Origin: the human T2T-CHM13v2.0 reference genome, Homo sapiens
Assembly: GCF_009914755.1 (NCBI RefSeq)
Contig: NC_060930.1
Direction: 5' to 3' (one strand)
DNA: 64,000 bases
Part shown: piece after piece, positions 58,001-64,000 of the stretch
Layout of the letters: the number at the start of each line of letters is the position of its first letter
Position numbering within the stretch: the first letter of the stretch is position 1
Program-made: the position numbers and the translations under genes
The notes under the pieces: model-generated
The model's database searches: none
Told to the model about the DNA's origin: nothing
Seen by the model: only the letters and a program-made list of their open reading frames with translations

Positions 58001-61000
58001 CATCCGTACAGCAAATCAACTAAGAAACATCAGACTTAACCCACACTATAAACCAAATAGTTCTAATAGATATTTACAGAAAACTTTCTCCAACATCTGA
58101 AGAATACATTCTCCTCCTCAGCACATGGATCATTACTAAGGATAGACCACATGCTAGGTCACAGGAAAAAGTTTTTAAAAATTCAAAAAAATTGAAATGA
58201 TATCAAGTATATTCTCTGACCACAATGGAATAAAGCTAGCAATCAATAACACAAGGAACATTGAAAACATGTGGAAATTAAATGGTATGCTCCTGATTGT
58301 GGGTCAATGAAGACCTTAAGAAGGAAATTGAAAATTTTCTTGAAACAAATGATAATGAAAACACAACATACCAAAACCTATGGGGTATAGCAAAAGCAGT
58401 ACTAAGATAAAAGTTTATAGCTATAAGCACCCACATCCAAAAAGTAAAAAAACTTCAAATAAACAACCTAACAATGCATCTTAAAGAACCACAAAAGCAA
58501 GAGCAAACCAAACCCAAAGTTTGTAGAGGAAAAGACATAATAAAGATCAAAGCAGAAATAAATGAATTTGAAATAAAGAAAACAACACAAGGATCAAAAA
58601 CTTAAAAGTTAGCCTTTATTTTAAAGATAAATAAAATCAGTCCTGGCATGGTGGCTCATGCATGTAATCACAGCACTTTGGGAGGCCAAGGTGGGAGGAT
58701 CATTTGAGCCCAGGAGTTTGAGACACAGTGAGACCTCATCTCTACAAAAAGGCAAAGAATTAGCTGGGTGTGATCTCATGCACTTGTGGTTTTAGCTACT
58801 CAGCAGGTTGAGGTGGGAGGATCACTTGAGCCCAGGAGGTGGAGGCTGTAAGTGAGCCATGATCATGCCACTGCACTACAGCCTGGGCAACAGAGGGAGA
58901 CCCTATCTCAAAAAAAAAAAAAAAAAAAAAGAAGAAGAAGAAGAAGAAGAAGAAAAATGAAATAAATGTGGAAAAAACTTTAGCCAGACCAACTAAAAAA
59001 AGAGAAACCCAAATAAATAAAATCAGAGATAAAAAGAAGACATTACAACCAATACCACAGAAATTCAAAGCATAATTAGAGACTATTACAAGCAATTATA
59101 TGCCAGTAAATTGGAAAACCTAGAAGAAATGGATAAATTCCTAGATATATACAACCTATCAAGATTGAACCATAAAGAAATTCAAAACTTAAACAAACCA
59201 ATAACAAGTAATAAGATCAAAGCTGCAATAAAAAAGACTTCCAGCAAAGGAAAGTCTGGGACCCAATGGCTTCACTGCTGAACTTTACCATACATTTAAG
59301 GAGAACTACTACAAATCATACTCAAACTCCTCTGAAAGCTAGAGGGAGAGAGAATACTTTCAAATGCATTACTCAAGGCCAGTATGACCCTCATACCAAA
59401 ACCAGACAAGGATACATTCAAAAAACAAAAAAACATAGGCCAATATCACTGATGAACATTGATGCAAAAATCGTCAATGAAATACTACCAAACTGAATTC
59501 AACAACACATCAAAAAGATCATTCATCATAACCAAGCAGGACTTAATGCAGGGATGCAAGGATGGTTCCACACATGCAGATCAATCAATGTGATACATCA
59601 TATCAACAGAATAAAGGGAAAAAACATACTCCTTTCAACTGATACTGAAATGCATTTGATAAAATTCAACATTCCTTCATGATAAGAACTATCAAATGCC
59701 TGGGTGTAGAAGGAACAAACCTCAGCACAATAAAAACCATATATGAGAGATCCACAGCTAGTATCACACTGAATGGGGAAAAACTGAGAGCCTTCCCTCT
59801 AGGATCTGAACCATGACAATGATGCCCACTTTCACCACTGTTATTGAATGTGGCAATGGATGTCCTACCTAGAGTACTCAGATAAGGGTAAGAGATAAAG
59901 GGCATCCAAATTAGAAAAGAGAAAGCCAAATTATCCTTCTTTGCAGATTACATAATCTTATATTTGGAAAAACCTAAAGAATGCACCAAAAACTATTAGA
60001 ACTGACAAACAAATTCAGTAAAGTTGCAGGATACAAAATTAACATACAAAAATCAGTGGTATTTCTATATGCCAACAACAAACAATCTGAAAAGAAAATC
60101 AAGAGAGCAATCCTATATACAGTAGCTGCAGATAAAATAAAATACTTAGGAATTAAAAATGTGAAAGATCTCTATAATGAAAACTATAAAACATTGATGA
60201 AAGAAATTGAAGAGGACATCAAAAATGAAAAGATATTCCATGTTCATGGATTGGAAGAATCAATATTGTTAAAATATCCCTACTACCCAAAGCAATCTAC
60301 AGATTCAGTACAATCCCTATCAAAATAACAATGACATTCTTCACAGAACTAGAAAAACAATCCTAAAATTTATATGGAACCAAAAAAAACTCACAATAGC
60401 CAAAGCCATCCAGAGCAAAAAGAACATAACTGGAGGAAACACTAATGTGTTTCTTGACTTCAAATTATACTACAAAGCTATAGTAACCAAGACAGCATGG
60501 TACTGGCATAAAAACAGACACATAGATCAGTGGAAAAAATAGAGAACCCAGAAAGAAATTCATACATCTACAGTAACTCATTTTTTACAAAGGTGCCAAG
60601 AACATACACTGGGGAAAAGACAGTCTCTTCAATAAATGGTTCTGAGAAAACTGGATATCCATATGCAGAAGAATGAAACTAAACCCCTATCTCTTGTCAT
60701 ATAAAAAAATGAAAATTAAAGCCTTAAATCTAAGATGTCCAACTACAAAACTACTGTAAGACAACATAGGGGAAACACTGCAGGATATGGACTGAGCATA
60801 GATTTCATGAGTAATACACACAATCATAGGCCACCAAAGCAAAAACGGACAAATGAAATCACATCAAGTGAAAAAGCTTCTGCATAGCGAAGGAAACAAT
60901 CAACAAAGTGAAGAGAAAACCCACAGAATGGAATAAATTATTTGCAAAATAGCCATCTGACAAGGGATTAATAACTGGAATACATAAGGAGCTCCAACAA

Positions 61001-61490
61001 CTCATTAGGAAAAAACTAATAATCTGATTTTAAAATGTGCAAAAACTCTGAATTGAAATTTCTCAAAAGAAGATATACAAATGGAAAAAGGTATATGAAA
61101 AGGTGCTCAACATTACTGATCATCAGAGAAATGCAAATCAAAACAACGAGATATCATCTCAACTGAGTTAAAATGGCTTTTATGCAAAAGACAGGCAACA
61201 ATGAATACTGGCAAAGATGTGGAGAAAAGGGAAGCATTGTACGCTGTTGCTGGGAATGTAAATTAGCACAACCACTATACAGAACAGTTTGGAGGTTCCT
61301 CAAAAAACTAAAAATAGAACTACCACATGATCCAGTGATCTCACTTCTAGCTATCTACCCAAAAGAAAGGATATCAACATATAGAAGAGATATCTGCACT
61401 CCCATGTTTATTACATCACTATTCATAATAGCCAAGATTTGAAAGAAACCTGTTTCTATTAACAGATAAAGAATAAAGAGAATGTGGTGC
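55063..61490 (+). mobile_element. Near full-length old L1 (L1MA1-3-like): 5' UTR, ORF1, long inter-ORF spacer, ORF2; cut near the ORF2 end by a younger L1PA
   Basis: gatcaagatggctgaata 5' end; ORF1 remnant 56357-56990; ORF2 from ~57523 (atggcaggagtaagtcc); closely similar to the element at 1-4715. Confidence 0.9.
58640..58955 (+). mobile_element. AluJ with A(n)(GAA)n tail
   Basis: ggaggatcatttgagcccaggag diagnostics. Confidence 0.9.
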
Positions 61491-61491
61491 T

Positions 61492-64000
<2,509 letters not shown>

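Overview
Primate (human-like) genomic DNA, AT-rich and mostly made of interspersed repeats: LINE-1 of several ages, Alu, MaLR/ERV LTRs, Tigger/Charlie/piggyBac-type DNA transposons, MIR and L2. I find no credible host protein-coding exon, RNA gene or CRISPR. Almost every ORF in the supplied track is a broken L1 ORF1/ORF2 piece, a Tigger1 transposase piece, an Alu frame or a chance ORF. I see no evidence for a wholly new biological system. The notable signal is in how the elements were built and repaired: (1) a spliced L1PA insertion (SpIRE 97/976 type) at 61492; (2) a full-length L1PA7-like element that keeps an open antisense ORF0-like frame and may share one target-site duplication (TSD) with a head-to-tail Alu; (3) a complete piggyBac MER75B MITE whose empty site is visible in a sister L1 in the same window; (4) three separate local templated-insertion or template-switch scars. 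Subfamily names come from my recall of consensus sequences and need RepeatMasker/Dfam confirmation. Boundaries of old elements are approximate.
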